Source: a virus (Duplodnaviria; Heunggongvirae; Uroviricota; Caudoviricetes). Taken from it: a DNA stretch of 58,013 bases. The notes below the pieces were generated by a model. The model ran no database searches and was not told the origin of the DNA. It worked only from the letters and a program-made list of their open reading frames with translations. This document shows, piece by piece, positions 17,838 through 27,170 of this stretch; the first letter of the stretch is position 1, and each line of letters opens with the position of its first letter. Location: positions 1-58,013 of the IMG/VR virus record IMGVR_UViG_3300045988_029198; one strand, 5' to 3'. A program made the translations under genes and the position numbers.

Positions 17838-19295
17838 TCATGCTGTAGGCAAGTACGGGAACAAGCTGAAACCAATCATAAAGCCAATCGATTCTTCTTC
17901 GTGAGCATTACCACTGACAGTAACTTTCACTTTTTCACCAGTTGCCAGGTTCTTAGAACCGTCGCCCAGCGTCATCGCAGGAATGTTAACCACGATTGCA
18001 CCATCACCGTTTACCCCAGCAAGTTCGAAGTTGACTGTTGCGTTGTTACGGATCGCAGCCAGTACAGCACCGTCCGTCATCACCGTTTCAGTTTCCATCG
18101 TGATTTCCAGGTTGCCGATGTTAGTAAACGCAGCACCCATCACGCCCAGCACGTTTTCGCCTGACACGTTGTTGTTCACTGTGACAGTAACGTCTTTCAG
18201 GAACGTACTGAGACCACTATCATCAATCCCGGTCAGTCGTACACGGTTCAGGTTCGTTACGGTGTTGTACGCTTCGTTAGCCACGAATTCAATATACCCG
18301 GAACCTGGTAGCGCGGTTTCTGACGGTGCTGACAAGTCTTGTACTACAAACGTCAGATCCATTGTCATTTTTTCAGTCAACGGTGCGTTGATTGTCATCT
18401 GGTTTGCAGCTACAGCACGCGCGTATTCATAAATAACAGGTGTCGTGTTGTAACGTGCTTCCATTGTGTATTCAGTTTTCACGAACTCTGCAGAATCAAC
18501 AGGAACGTTTCGAACAAAACTGGAAACAAATAAACGTACAGTTTTACCCGTACCTTCTTCAGTGGTGAATTCACTGTTAGCGAGAGTCAGAACATGATCA
18601 CCAACCATAGTCACACGGGCCATTTTACTGGTTACGGACTGTGTTAGACCATCAATATAAATATACTGTCCCGGTACTAAACCCAATGTGGAAAAATCCA
18701 GGGTGGTAGACGTCAACTGACCATTACTGTTAACAGCGATGTCACCAGACGCTGCAGCATACCCCACGAGATATAAACGAGCTTCAGCAGGCGGTGACGC
18801 TTCAGCAGTAAGCCCTGACACGTTGATAGCAGTAGTGGTACTATCAGCGCCTACAGTTTTCAAACCGTTGTTTGCAGCCAGTGTAAAACCTGTCGCATAA
18901 ACAAGAGCACCTTCAGGTAATGCCGCATCAAGAGTAGTAACGTTATAAGCATCAGCGCCAACACTGGTAACGTCAATATCAATTGCACCAGCACCGACCC
19001 ATTTACTATAAAGGAATCCGTCACCCCAGTACCGGAATGTATCAAGTGTCAGGTCTGTCTGAAAACCCGGTGCAACTTCAACGTTAGTTACTGTGCCTTT
19101 ACGTGCAGATCGGTCCGTACTGATCGGTGTACGCTGAGTCTTTGTAATATCAGCACTGTAAGAACTGATTTCATTCGGTTGTTGAACCGTCCAGGGTGTA
19201 CCAGAAACAGGTTCACAGACTTTTGCTACACTGAGTCGTGTTGCGTTTACATCAGCAGCAGGTGTTTGCGAACATTTAAAAATTGATTCAGCCAT
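17838..19295 (-). CDS. major tail protein
   Basis: 485 aa, Thr/Val/Ala-rich beta-type sequence; upstream of tail chaperones and tape measure; own terminator. Confidence 0.65.
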   Translation of the reverse strand: MAESIFKCSQTPAADVNATRLSVAKVCEPVSGTPWTVQQPNEISSYSADITKTQRTPISTDRSARKGTVTNVEVAPGFQTDLTLDTFRYWGDGFLYSKWVGAGAIDIDVTSVGADAYNVTTLDAALPEGALVYATGFTLAANNGLKTVGADSTTTAINVSGLTAEASPPAEARLYLVGYAAASGDIAVNSNGQLTSTTLDFSTLGLVPGQYIYIDGLTQSVTSKMARVTMVGDHVLTLANSEFTTEEGTGKTVRLFVSSFVRNVPVDSAEFVKTEYTMEARYNTTPVIYEYARAVAANQMTINAPLTEKMTMDLTFVVQDLSAPSETALPGSGYIEFVANEAYNTVTNLNRVRLTGIDDSGLSTFLKDVTVTVNNNVSGENVLGVMGAAFTNIGNLEITMETETVMTDGAVLAAIRNNATVNFELAGVNGDGAIVVNIPAMTLGDGSKNLATGEKVKVTVSGNAHEEESIGFMIGFSLFPYLPTA

Positions 19296-19331
19296 TGTTC
19301 TAAGCCTCGTTTGATTGCAATCATTCGTAGT

Positions 19332-19754
19332 TTAATATATTTCTTCGTATTCGTAACTAAGTACGACGTTCGTTAAAAACCACGCGTTATCACGACCCTG
19401 ATGACGAATATCAACACTCGTGTAAATTAACGGGCGGTCCTGCCAGACACCTTCAAATAATTTTGCAAGCCGATCCGCAATATCAATACTCAAAGTGTCC
19501 ATACCATACTGAGCAGGTGTACGCACCTGTAAAAAAACGTTTCCTGTTCTTAAACGACGACGACAAACACCTTCCCCACCCAGCGTGGTTATTGTCCACG
19601 GACCGGGATTGTGTGTCAGAATCAGACCGGGTTTTTCTGTAGTGTCATCAGGGAGTTGACCAGAAGCAATTGTAAATCTGTCAGGCGTAATTTCCACGGG
19701 GAGATTCGCCAGAACGCGATTATAAACAATTCCTGAAACATCTGAGAGTGTCAT
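19332..19754 (-). CDS. tail terminator / tail completion protein (putative)
   Basis: 140 aa directly upstream of major tail protein gene; synteny only. Confidence 0.4.
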   Translation of the reverse strand: MTLSDVSGIVYNRVLANLPVEITPDRFTIASGQLPDDTTEKPGLILTHNPGPWTITTLGGEGVCRRRLRTGNVFLQVRTPAQYGMDTLSIDIADRLAKLFEGVWQDRPLIYTSVDIRHQGRDNAWFLTNVVLSYEYEEIY

Positions 19755-20182
19755 CGCTGATTAAACCTCACCATTATTCCGGCTTTTAATATAGCACGTT
19801 CGACAAACCCGGAAGGTGTCTGTGTACTGCTACCACCATTGAGAACCCCAATGTAAGGAACGTTATTAGTAATGTGCAGTTCCTGACCATTAACTTTAAT
19901 ACTGCTAATAGTGACCGTATCCTGTTCGATACGCGCTTTACTGGCTTCAACATTACCTGTTGGTGTATCAGGACTATTAGCGGGTTGCCCCTGATCGAAC
20001 CACCAGTTGTTGCTTGCCCAGCCACTCAATATTGGTGTACCATCAGGAGGCTCACTTATGAGTATGTTACGTAGTGTTAAAACATATCTAATGACTTGAC
20101 GATCCGTAAAATCTTGTAAGTCGGCTTTTATGTCTTTAAACACTCCAGTAATACGATTTATATCATTGATTTTGCTAGTCAT
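19751..20182 (-). CDS. head-tail connector/neck protein (putative)
   Basis: ATG at codon 23 of track ORF; synteny only. Confidence 0.4.
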   Translation of the reverse strand: MTSKINDINRITGVFKDIKADLQDFTDRQVIRYVLTLRNILISEPPDGTPILSGWASNNWWFDQGQPANSPDTPTGNVEASKARIEQDTVTISSIKVNGQELHITNNVPYIGVLNGGSSTQTPSGFVERAILKAGIMVRFNQR

Positions 20183-20204
20183 TGACAAACCTAAAGGTAG
20201 AAAA

Positions 20205-21101
20205 ATGGGCGGTAAAAGACTAACCAAAGAACAACTAGAGCATAACATAAAAGATATTTGTCAATCAAAAAATTACAAATTTATAAAATGGAAAGACGGG
20301 TTTAAAAACAAAGAATCACGAATTATTTTATCTTGTGTTACACACGGGGAATGGGACACTAAATGTTATCATTTTTTGAATGGTTCTGGTTGTCCGATCT
20401 GTGGTGGAACACGAACCACAAAAGGGTTAAGAATTGCACAGATTAAAGACAGTTTAACAAATTCTAAATCAAAGTTTATTAAATTTAAAACTAATTTTCA
20501 AAATGGAAATTCTGTTTGTTTGCTGAGCTGTATTGATCATGGTGGATGGGAGACAACAGTCAATAGACTAATCTTTACATCTGTTGATTGCCCGTTGTGT
20601 ATAACGAATAGACAGAAAACTAAACAAGAACGAGAAATTGAAATAACAAATAGATGTAAAGAAACAGGGTTGTTTTTTAATAAGATATTCGACGAACATC
20701 CGACATGGAAATCTAAAATATCATTAAAGTGTTCAACGCATGGTGATTTTGTTACAACAATTAATTCTTTTCTTAGTAAACAAAAAGGTTGTCCAAACTG
20801 TAGTAAAACAGGGTTTAAAGCTGGTAAGTATGCAACACTTTATGTCTTGCGGTCCACATGCGGTCGTTACGTTAAAATAGGTGTCAGTAATTGTGTAGAG
20901 CAAAGAATTAATACACTTCGTAGAAAAACACCATTTGATTTTCAAGTAATAGAAAAATTGAATGGACACGGGGCAACCATTCGTTCACTTGAAAAAGATT
21001 TTCATTCTCATTTTGAATCTGCAGGATTAACCGGGTTCGATGGTTGTACAGAGTGGTTAAAATGGAATCCAAATATAACCACTCTGATACGGATGTTATA
21101 G
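20205..21101 (+). CDS. T5orf172-domain putative homing endonuclease (paralogue 2)
   Basis: ATG at codon 26 of track ORF; Cys/His repeats plus T5orf172-like core; AT-rich; opposite strand inside the tail/neck operon. Confidence 0.7.
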   Translation: MGGKRLTKEQLEHNIKDICQSKNYKFIKWKDGFKNKESRIILSCVTHGEWDTKCYHFLNGSGCPICGGTRTTKGLRIAQIKDSLTNSKSKFIKFKTNFQNGNSVCLLSCIDHGGWETTVNRLIFTSVDCPLCITNRQKTKQEREIEITNRCKETGLFFNKIFDEHPTWKSKISLKCSTHGDFVTTINSFLSKQKGCPNCSKTGFKAGKYATLYVLRSTCGRYVKIGVSNCVEQRINTLRRKTPFDFQVIEKLNGHGATIRSLEKDFHSHFESAGLTGFDGCTEWLKWNPNITTLIRML

Positions 21102-21476
21102 TTATACCGCTCCAACAGGATGAATAAATGCCATATCATCCCCTAACAATCGTGGGTTTTGACGATCAAGAAGGCGATATTCTTTACCACGTTCATCAAC
21201 CACAACATCACCCCGATCAGGAACAAATCGTGGTTCAAAACTCTGACTATCCATAATTACCATCGTTGTGGTTATTCTGGTCATAGTAGTCGGATCCCAC
21301 TTTTCTAATGGGTAAATATAACCACGACACGTATGCGATTCAGTAACGGTTGTACCCGGTAATGTAGGATTAGACGGGTTGGGAACTGTTATCACACGTT
21401 TTACCGTCAAATCCTCACCTACTTCAGCAAGTGCACGAGTAACACCTTTCAGGACACTTTGACGTTTGTCTGCCAT
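21102..21476 (-). CDS. virion structural protein (head-tail joining candidate)
   Basis: 124 aa; ATG is second codon of track ORF and overlaps upstream stop. Confidence 0.4.
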   Translation of the reverse strand: MADKRQSVLKGVTRALAEVGEDLTVKRVITVPNPSNPTLPGTTVTESHTCRGYIYPLEKWDPTTMTRITTTMVIMDSQSFEPRFVPDRGDVVVDERGKEYRLLDRQNPRLLGDDMAFIHPVGAV

Positions 21477-21886
21477 CACCGTTCACCCTCGTTAAGTGCA
21501 CGACCACCGCTTTCAAGTGTTACAGGTGGGTTGTCGAACTGACCACGTTGAATAGCAGGTTGCATACCAGCGCCAGTTAATGTAGCTCCACCAACACCCA
21601 TAAAACTACCTAACAAACCGCCACCTGAATCAGCGCCAGTATTAATACGTAAAATAAAATCTTTTTTAAGTTTATTCCAGGCGTCTGCTGACTGACTACT
21701 GCTGAGTGAGATCGGACCTACTTTAATGTCAGTATCGTTGCTGGCAATAGACGCCATATAATCACAGAGAGCGACGCAAATACTGAGAGGATTTGTATAA
21801 CCGTTGTCAATGTACCACTGAATTTGTTCATCAGTAACATCAGGGACACTGATCAAATAACGAATACCTTCAACTGTAATAGCCAT
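21476..21886 (-). CDS. virion structural protein (head completion candidate)
   Basis: ATG at codon 59 of track ORF 21476..22060 with AGGTGA RBS; the track N-terminal extension runs through a structured leader and is unlikely to be coding. Confidence 0.4.
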   Translation of the reverse strand: MAITVEGIRYLISVPDVTDEQIQWYIDNGYTNPLSICVALCDYMASIASNDTDIKVGPISLSSSQSADAWNKLKKDFILRINTGADSGGGLLGSFMGVGGATLTGAGMQPAIQRGQFDNPPVTLESGGRALNEGER

Positions 21887-22059
21887 GTGATCACCTGTGA
21901 GAAATGTTTTCGTTATATTAGCACGAAAAAAAGCCGTCTTAAACAGACGGCAAATGGCTCTGGGTGATAATGAGGGTTTTACATAACTGGTCATCCACAC
22001 CTGACGTCCCAACATACCCCTATGCGTGACACGTGAATAACCAGTTATGTAAAACGACA

Positions 22060-22432
22060 CGCAGTTCAGGATGTTTCACAACATGCTTTACCCACGATTT
22101 GCGGCTTTCCCGCCAGCAAGATAAGGATCACCTCCTTATCAGCGAGTGTTTGGGTTGTGGCGGTTGGAATCGAACCAACTCCCATCGGTGCGATGCCGAT
22201 CGCAGTACGTGCAGCGGTCCGCTACATGACTAGTATTTTCACGGTCGCCTATCTGCTAGCTCGCCATTGAGCTTCACCACAACGGAAAGAGCACTGGAAC
22301 TTGGGCTGAGTATTACCGCATGTCTTTCGACTTCGAACCAAGGCTGACATTACCCAATGCTCTTACCTGTTATGTGCCGGTTACGTTTATCCGGCGTCTT
22401 TCGACCGATTAAGTGATAGTGTCTGCTATGCA
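22060..22432 (-). other. ~370-nt untranslated leader / candidate ncRNA with tRNA-like 3' fragment and anti-16S-complementary motif
   Basis: No ORF on the transcribed (minus) strand; T-arm-like GTTGG-TTCGATT-CCAAC plus 7-nt acceptor-like strand at about 22155-22179; TAAGGAGGTGATCC at 22125-22138 (minus). Confidence 0.35.
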
Positions 22433-22480
22433 GTTCTGTCACTGACTTAACAATAGGTCAAGAATAGTTATATGTCAAGC
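22433..22480 (-). promoter_or_regulatory. variant copy of conserved promoter module (ATAACTATTCTTGACC) driving the leader and downstream structural genes
   Basis: Two TTGAC boxes on minus strand about 22456-22478 with TATTGT/CAGAAC -10 candidates. Confidence 0.4.
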
Positions 22481-22811
22481 CTTGTGATTCACACCATTCA
22501 GCAGCGGCACTTTTACTACTAAACGATTCTGAATTCATCGGCATACCCATAACATAAACATTATAGGTTTTTGGCGCATCACGTCGGATTTCAGCCGCAG
22601 TGGTTGATGCCGATTCTTCGGTTGCTACAGTCACTGGTTCTTCAACAGTCGCAGTAGCTGGTTCAATGTGGCGCATACGCACAAGGGCATTTAAAACAGC
22701 CGGGATAGCTTTTGATGTTGATACTTTATCGCCAGCGGACATCTGTTTACCGTTCCACAGCATCGGGCGGGTGAAAACATATTTCAGTGACGGATCATAT
22801 GAATTACGCAT
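22458..22811 (-). CDS. hypothetical protein (head module)
   Basis: ATG at codon 14 of track ORF; GAGG RBS; directly downstream of the MCP terminator. Confidence 0.45.
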   Translation of the reverse strand: MRNSYDPSLKYVFTRPMLWNGKQMSAGDKVSTSKAIPAVLNALVRMRHIEPATATVEEPVTVATEESASTTAAEIRRDAPKTYNVYVMGMPMNSESFSSKSAAAEWCESQGLTYNYS

Positions 22812-22826
22812 GATTTTAACCTCATG

Positions 22827-22853
22827 AAAAAAAGGGGCAGCATAAGCCACCCC
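22827..22853 (-). terminator. imperfect hairpin plus U-run immediately after major capsid gene (probable leaky terminator)
   Basis: GGGG..GC-ttat-GC..CCCC followed by TTTTTTT on minus strand, 16 nt before next start codon. Confidence 0.4.
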
Positions 22854-22874
22854 TTAATGATACCACAGTTGTTA

Positions 22875-23894
22875 TTAAACCGCGTCGTAGAACAGAACGC
22901 CCAGGTCAGGTGCAACCATCTGAACATCAATGGCAAATTCCGCTTCAACGAAATTACCACGACGACCTTCAACACCCGGATAGGTGCGGATAGACGGACC
23001 GTTGTTAACACCCAGATCGATGAACTCGTTCCACACGAAGCCAGCAGCAGCAACAGGTTTCATGTTACCAACAGTCGGTTCAACATAGTTGAGCATCAGC
23101 ACACCAGTTTTAGCAAACTGGAAGTCTGACAGTGGATTGCCGTCACCGTCTTCAACGCCATCAGCAGCCATGTTGACCACTGACTGCATGATTTCCAGTT
23201 CGTCAACTTCCAGCAGTGCGGCCAGTGCCTGTTTAGTCACGATGCCGGGGTTCTGAGTGGTAGAACCACCGTTAATACGGTCAATAACAGCCGGGCTACG
23301 GGTCAGTGCGTCATACACGTCCAGCGTCATCAGTGCTTTGTTCCAGCGACGACCACCGGATGCCAGAGAGAACGCAACACGACGTGACAGGATATCACCA
23401 ATCGGATCGGCATTCGCATTAGACCATTTCAGGAATTGACCCGCGGACGGAGACGTGTCTTTGCCCTGGAAATCAAGACCCCATTTACCAGCAGTCAGGA
23501 ATTTTTCAGCAAAATCCACTTCTTTGTTGATCAGCAACGCATCTGTGGTTACTGCTGACGCTTCCATATCCAGTTGCTGACCGTTCTGAACGTTTGCACG
23601 TTTTTTGTCAGAAATAAAGATACGGATCGCATCGTCATCAACGGTGTAACCCTGGTTTTTGGTTTTGTAACCAATAGTATTAGCAACACCATCTTCGGCA
23701 CGTTTGGAGTTAACCGGACGACCGAAATAACCTTTCGGGTAAGTCAGGAATTTACCAGCAGCCTGGTTAACAGGAACTACCGGGAAATAACGAGTACCGA
23801 CAAACAGTGACGTATCCTGCCAGTAACTTACAGAAAAGTTAGACAGGAATGTATCTGGTGCGCCAACGTCGCGAAAATTCTGTTTGTAACTCAT
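22875..23894 (-). CDS. major capsid protein
   Basis: 339 aa; AAGGAG RBS 8 nt upstream; follows scaffold and decoration-like genes and precedes terminator. Confidence 0.7.
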   Translation of the reverse strand: MSYKQNFRDVGAPDTFLSNFSVSYWQDTSLFVGTRYFPVVPVNQAAGKFLTYPKGYFGRPVNSKRAEDGVANTIGYKTKNQGYTVDDDAIRIFISDKKRANVQNGQQLDMEASAVTTDALLINKEVDFAEKFLTAGKWGLDFQGKDTSPSAGQFLKWSNANADPIGDILSRRVAFSLASGGRRWNKALMTLDVYDALTRSPAVIDRINGGSTTQNPGIVTKQALAALLEVDELEIMQSVVNMAADGVEDGDGNPLSDFQFAKTGVLMLNYVEPTVGNMKPVAAAGFVWNEFIDLGVNNGPSIRTYPGVEGRRGNFVEAEFAIDVQMVAPDLGVLFYDAV

Positions 23895-23897
23895 CGG

Positions 23898-24308
23898 TTA
23901 TGCTCCTTTAGAATACGGTGCAATAAGTAATGCGGTAACTACCTGGTTTTCTGCAGTGGCTGCAGTTTGAGAAATAGCCACGACCAGTTGTGTAGCAGTA
24001 GCGGTCTGGAATCGTCCGTCAGCACCAACAGCAAGCTCAACACCTGTGGCGAACGTTGCAGCAGCTTTTACTGGTACGAATTTTTCTTTTTCGTTTACCA
24101 GGTCGAAGAATACACCAGCAGTGGCATCATCAACAGCTACACCGTCGATACGACCGCCAGCCGTTGGGAGTTTGTATTTAGGTACACACTGGTTAGTGTC
24201 ACCTAAACTGGTATCCAGAACAAGACCAACACCTGCCGAAATAGCCACGGATGCAACGGCACGGGTCGGGCGCTCATAGTTCCAGTAGATTTTGCTGTTC
24301 TTAGCCAT
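23898..24308 (-). CDS. head decoration protein (putative)
   Basis: 136 aa Ala/Val/Thr-rich, between scaffold-like gene and MCP; synteny only. Confidence 0.4.
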   Translation of the reverse strand: MAKNSKIYWNYERPTRAVASVAISAGVGLVLDTSLGDTNQCVPKYKLPTAGGRIDGVAVDDATAGVFFDLVNEKEKFVPVKAAATFATGVELAVGADGRFQTATATQLVVAISQTAATAENQVVTALLIAPYSKGA

Positions 24309-25573
24309 TATTCGTCACCTCGCATCGCTTCGATTGCTTCCTGACCTTTTTTAGTTGCAGAAACTGCCTGCATAGCCTGGGTGCGTGTTTTACCCGGATT
24401 TGCTTTCAGCCATTCGTTGATCATGTCTTCCAGTGCACTGGAACCTTTACCACTGCCGTTCGGCGCGGCTGGCTCTTTACGTGCTTTCCAGAGTTCGTCG
24501 GCCTGTTTGAGTTTTTCAACCAGAAAGTTACGATCCGCTTCCGGTAAACGCTCAAGAGTCATGACCATCTGGGTTTTCTGTACCATTTCACCCGGAATGT
24601 GTGCGAAATCAGTGTTCACGGTTTTTTCAGCTTTCGCCAGTGCCGCTTCAGTCTGTGCTTTGCGAAGTTGTTCGTCCTGAGATTTCAGAACGTCGTACAT
24701 CGGACCAGCTACAGATTTCTGAACAACCTGACCAGCAATCGTGGTAAATGATTCATCAGCCTGTTTAGCCATCGTCACGAGGGCGTCGCGAGCAGTCGCA
24801 TCCATTTTACGGAATGCTTCCTGATCAGATTCAGGCAGAGAATTATGATACGCCTTATGGACGTCGTTCATCTCAGCCAGGGCTTTGTATTTTTCCAGTT
24901 CCAGTTCGGACATTTCGATTTCCTCTGCCGTTTTTAAAACTTGAGGTACTTCCTGGTCCGGGTGTAATTTTTTCCACGCGGATCGGACTTTGTTTTTCAC
25001 ACCTGCTAAATCGGCTTCAGGGATTTCAACTTTGTTACCGCGATAACCCGGACCTAATGCAGCAAGTGCAGCGCTTACAATACGCGCATCAGGTTCACCG
25101 CCAGGGGTAGCTGTTAAACGAAGTTTCCAGGTTGAAGGTTTTTCTGGATCTGGTACATATGCATAATCAGATGCCGGGAAAACTTCACCATCTTCAGTTT
25201 TGCCACCTTTCGCTTTATTCATCGAAATACCAGCGGCCTGTTGCAACATTATAATATATTCATTTACCGCGTCACGCAACGCTGCTTGTTTATCGGTAAT
25301 AGAATCATCTTTTGCAATATCCTCTGCTGCTTCATAAAGCGCATCGTTCAACATCCACGAATTAGAGAGGAAATCACGAACTTTCTGTTCAAGTTCTTTT
25401 TCAGCCAGTGCTGCACTAAATGTTGACTTTAAAAGAACAACAGCAGGCGGTTCTGAATGTGATTTAAGAACAAGAGCATTTGCTCCCTCGTGAGCAGGTT
25501 TTGTCACGCCGGACAGAAAACCGATCTTCATCGATTTAGCGCGGCGTAAATGATTAGTACCATCTGTACGCAT
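24308..25573 (-). CDS. head scaffolding protein (possibly protease-scaffold fusion)
   Basis: 421 aa, charged coiled-coil-rich C-terminal half; upstream of decoration and MCP genes. Confidence 0.45.
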   Translation of the reverse strand: MRTDGTNHLRRAKSMKIGFLSGVTKPAHEGANALVLKSHSEPPAVVLLKSTFSAALAEKELEQKVRDFLSNSWMLNDALYEAAEDIAKDDSITDKQAALRDAVNEYIIMLQQAAGISMNKAKGGKTEDGEVFPASDYAYVPDPEKPSTWKLRLTATPGGEPDARIVSAALAALGPGYRGNKVEIPEADLAGVKNKVRSAWKKLHPDQEVPQVLKTAEEIEMSELELEKYKALAEMNDVHKAYHNSLPESDQEAFRKMDATARDALVTMAKQADESFTTIAGQVVQKSVAGPMYDVLKSQDEQLRKAQTEAALAKAEKTVNTDFAHIPGEMVQKTQMVMTLERLPEADRNFLVEKLKQADELWKARKEPAAPNGSGKGSSALEDMINEWLKANPGKTRTQAMQAVSATKKGQEAIEAMRGDE

Positions 25574-25983
25574 TATTCCACATCCTCATAATATGCAGTT
25601 CCACCGATACTATATCCCGTATATTCACCAGTCTGAAACTTTTTCAAAACTTCGTCATCAGTTATCAACGTACCAACAATGACGCCTGTCTGATCCAGTT
25701 TATCAACCAGTCCAAAACTTGCCGCAATGTCTTCAGTCATCGGAAACGCAAACACAACTTTCCCAACAGGTTGTTCATTGTGCATATTGTCCATGATGCG
25801 CTGATCAGAATTCATGAAATCCAACCATGCTTTCAGAGTGACATCCTCGGGAAATTGCTCGTTGTCCGTGTCTGTGTAAATTTCTAACTGACCTGTCTCC
25901 TGATTACGTTTTTTACAGATACTACCCCAACCGAATACCATACGTAGTGAGTTGTCAACCTTATTAACTTTTACGTTAATCAC
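25573..25983 (-). CDS. hypothetical protein (head module)
   Basis: track ORF 136 aa; GTG start overlaps upstream stop (GTGA). Confidence 0.4.
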   Translation of the reverse strand: MINVKVNKVDNSLRMVFGWGSICKKRNQETGQLEIYTDTDNEQFPEDVTLKAWLDFMNSDQRIMDNMHNEQPVGKVVFAFPMTEDIAASFGLVDKLDQTGVIVGTLITDDEVLKKFQTGEYTGYSIGGTAYYEDVE

Positions 25984-26327
25984 GGGGATTGTCCTCGTAT
26001 TGTTTCAACATGACTAAATTCTAACATTTCGGATGAATAATTGCACTGGTGATACACGCTGTTTACAACGTTACCGAATATCTCAGAAAGATTCTTGATC
26101 GGTTCAACAGCAGTCGTTACTGGTTCAACAGCAGTCGTTACTGGTTCAACACCGTCCAGATGTTCAGCGACAACCTGGAAAAACACTGTGTTAGTTTCAC
26201 AGTCAATAATAACCACTGTGCTGGAAATATCTTCAACAATGCTGAATGAGTAGTCGTAACGATCACCGTGAACTTTACGGGCGCGACGAATGAATTCGTC
26301 TGTAGCAACTCTGATGTTCGGATCCAT
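25980..26327 (-). CDS. small protein with one homing-endonuclease-type repeat and a 7-aa tandem repeat (possible HE remnant)
   Basis: ATG at codon 11 of track ORF; EFIRRARKVHGDRYDYS matches the N-terminal repeat of the three T5orf172 genes; VEPVTTA x2 from a 21-bp DNA repeat at 26101-26154. Confidence 0.45.
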   Translation of the reverse strand: MDPNIRVATDEFIRRARKVHGDRYDYSFSIVEDISSTVVIIDCETNTVFFQVVAEHLDGVEPVTTAVEPVTTAVEPIKNLSEIFGNVVNSVYHQCNYSSEMLEFSHVETIRGQSP

Positions 26328-26354
26328 ACCTTCAACCCTTCTTGTTTTCTTGAC

Positions 26355-26400
26355 CACAGGGTAGTTGTGTCGATGTAATCCGTCAAGAATTATTTTACGT
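26355..26400 (-). promoter_or_regulatory. conserved promoter module copy (minus strand)
   Basis: reverse complement of cgtcaagaattatttta at 26381-26397 gives AAAATAATTCTTGACG. Confidence 0.55.
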
Positions 26401-26484
26401 ATAGATTCATGAGAAGTATGCGACTCCCTATACCTTTTAAACCTCTTCTACTTACAACAACTTTTACTACTTATACCACTCTTC

Positions 26485-26587
26485 TATTTATTTATGTTTT
26501 CTATGTTATCTATAAAAATATAATAAAAAGAATAAGATAGAGAATAGTCGGTTAAAAAATAAACATGACGCGATCTATGAATCTATG
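26485..26587. repeat. ~95-bp AT-rich dispersed repeat, copy 1 (second copy 43476..43576)
   Basis: ctatgttttctatgttatctataaaaa.ataataaaaagaataagatagaga...ggttaaaaa.taaacatgacg..atctatg shared at ~85-90% identity between two intergenic regions. Confidence 0.8.
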
Positions 26588-26590
26588 ATC

Positions 26591-26680
26591 TACTAATACA
26601 CGTTCTGTATTAGCTGCAACTCAAAATCATGAAACCTATGTAAAACCATGTGTAGCTAATACAGAACGTGTATTAGCTGT
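26591..26680. promoter_or_regulatory. iteron/operator cluster upstream of plus-strand promoter
   Basis: two inverted copies of TAATACA-N5-TGTATTA flanked by AGCTG (about 26593-26614 and 26655-26678); AGCTAATACA motif shared with 43255-43700. Confidence 0.6.
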
Positions 26681-26682
26681 AT

Positions 26683-26730
26683 CTTTAAAATAATTCTTGA
26701 CGGATTACAGATGGTAGGGTATCTTTATCA
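26683..26730 (+). promoter_or_regulatory. conserved promoter module copy
   Basis: CTTTAAAATAATTCTTGACG, -35 at 26697-26702. Confidence 0.6.
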
Positions 26731-26771
26731 CGGGAAGCAGCGATGGGTTGCTTATGAACGAGGGTGTGAAA

Positions 26772-27155
26772 ATGGGAATGTATACCGAATTAGTGTTGAA
26801 GTGTCAGATTAAAGAAAATGTACCTGTGGATGTGAAAGCTGTTATTGCACATATGTTCTGTGGTGAAAAAGAACCAGAGAAACTACCACAACATAAGTTT
26901 TTCAGTCTCCCCAGATGGAATTTTATTGGTAGTTGTAGCAGTTTTTATCATCACCCGGAAGTAATAAATAGTTGTCCTAAATTTGATTTCACCGATACTC
27001 AATATATTTTTAGTCGTAGCGATATTAAAAATTATGATGGTGAGATTGAACAATTTATCGATTGGTTGAAACCGTATATTGATACTGAAGATGGTGCATG
27101 CATTGGTTGGACTTGGTATGAAAAAGACTTACAACCAACATTAATCATTAAATAA
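26772..27155 (+). CDS. hypothetical protein
   Basis: ATG at codon 9 of track ORF with GAGGG upstream. Confidence 0.45.
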   Translation: MGMYTELVLKCQIKENVPVDVKAVIAHMFCGEKEPEKLPQHKFFSLPRWNFIGSCSSFYHHPEVINSCPKFDFTDTQYIFSRSDIKNYDGEIEQFIDWLKPYIDTEDGACIGWTWYEKDLQPTLIIK

Positions 27156-27170
27156 CTCCGAGACACTAAA

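Noticed and set aside
17983-18432. Track ORFs antisense within the major tail protein gene
   Set aside because: Embedded in a well-supported structural gene; low-complexity translation
21887-22060. N-terminal extension of track ORF 21476..22060 (GTG start)
   Set aside because: Would translate through the structured leader; internal ATG at 21886 has a good RBS
22125-22138. 16S rRNA gene fragment
   Set aside because: Only 14 nt matching the 16S 3' end; on the transcribed strand it reads as a Shine-Dalgarno-type sequence, no flanking rRNA sequence
22155-22179. tRNA gene
   Set aside because: Only a T-arm plus acceptor-like 3' strand could be found; no anticodon arm of canonical geometry and the complementary 5' strand is ~125 nt away; left as a tRNA-like fragment
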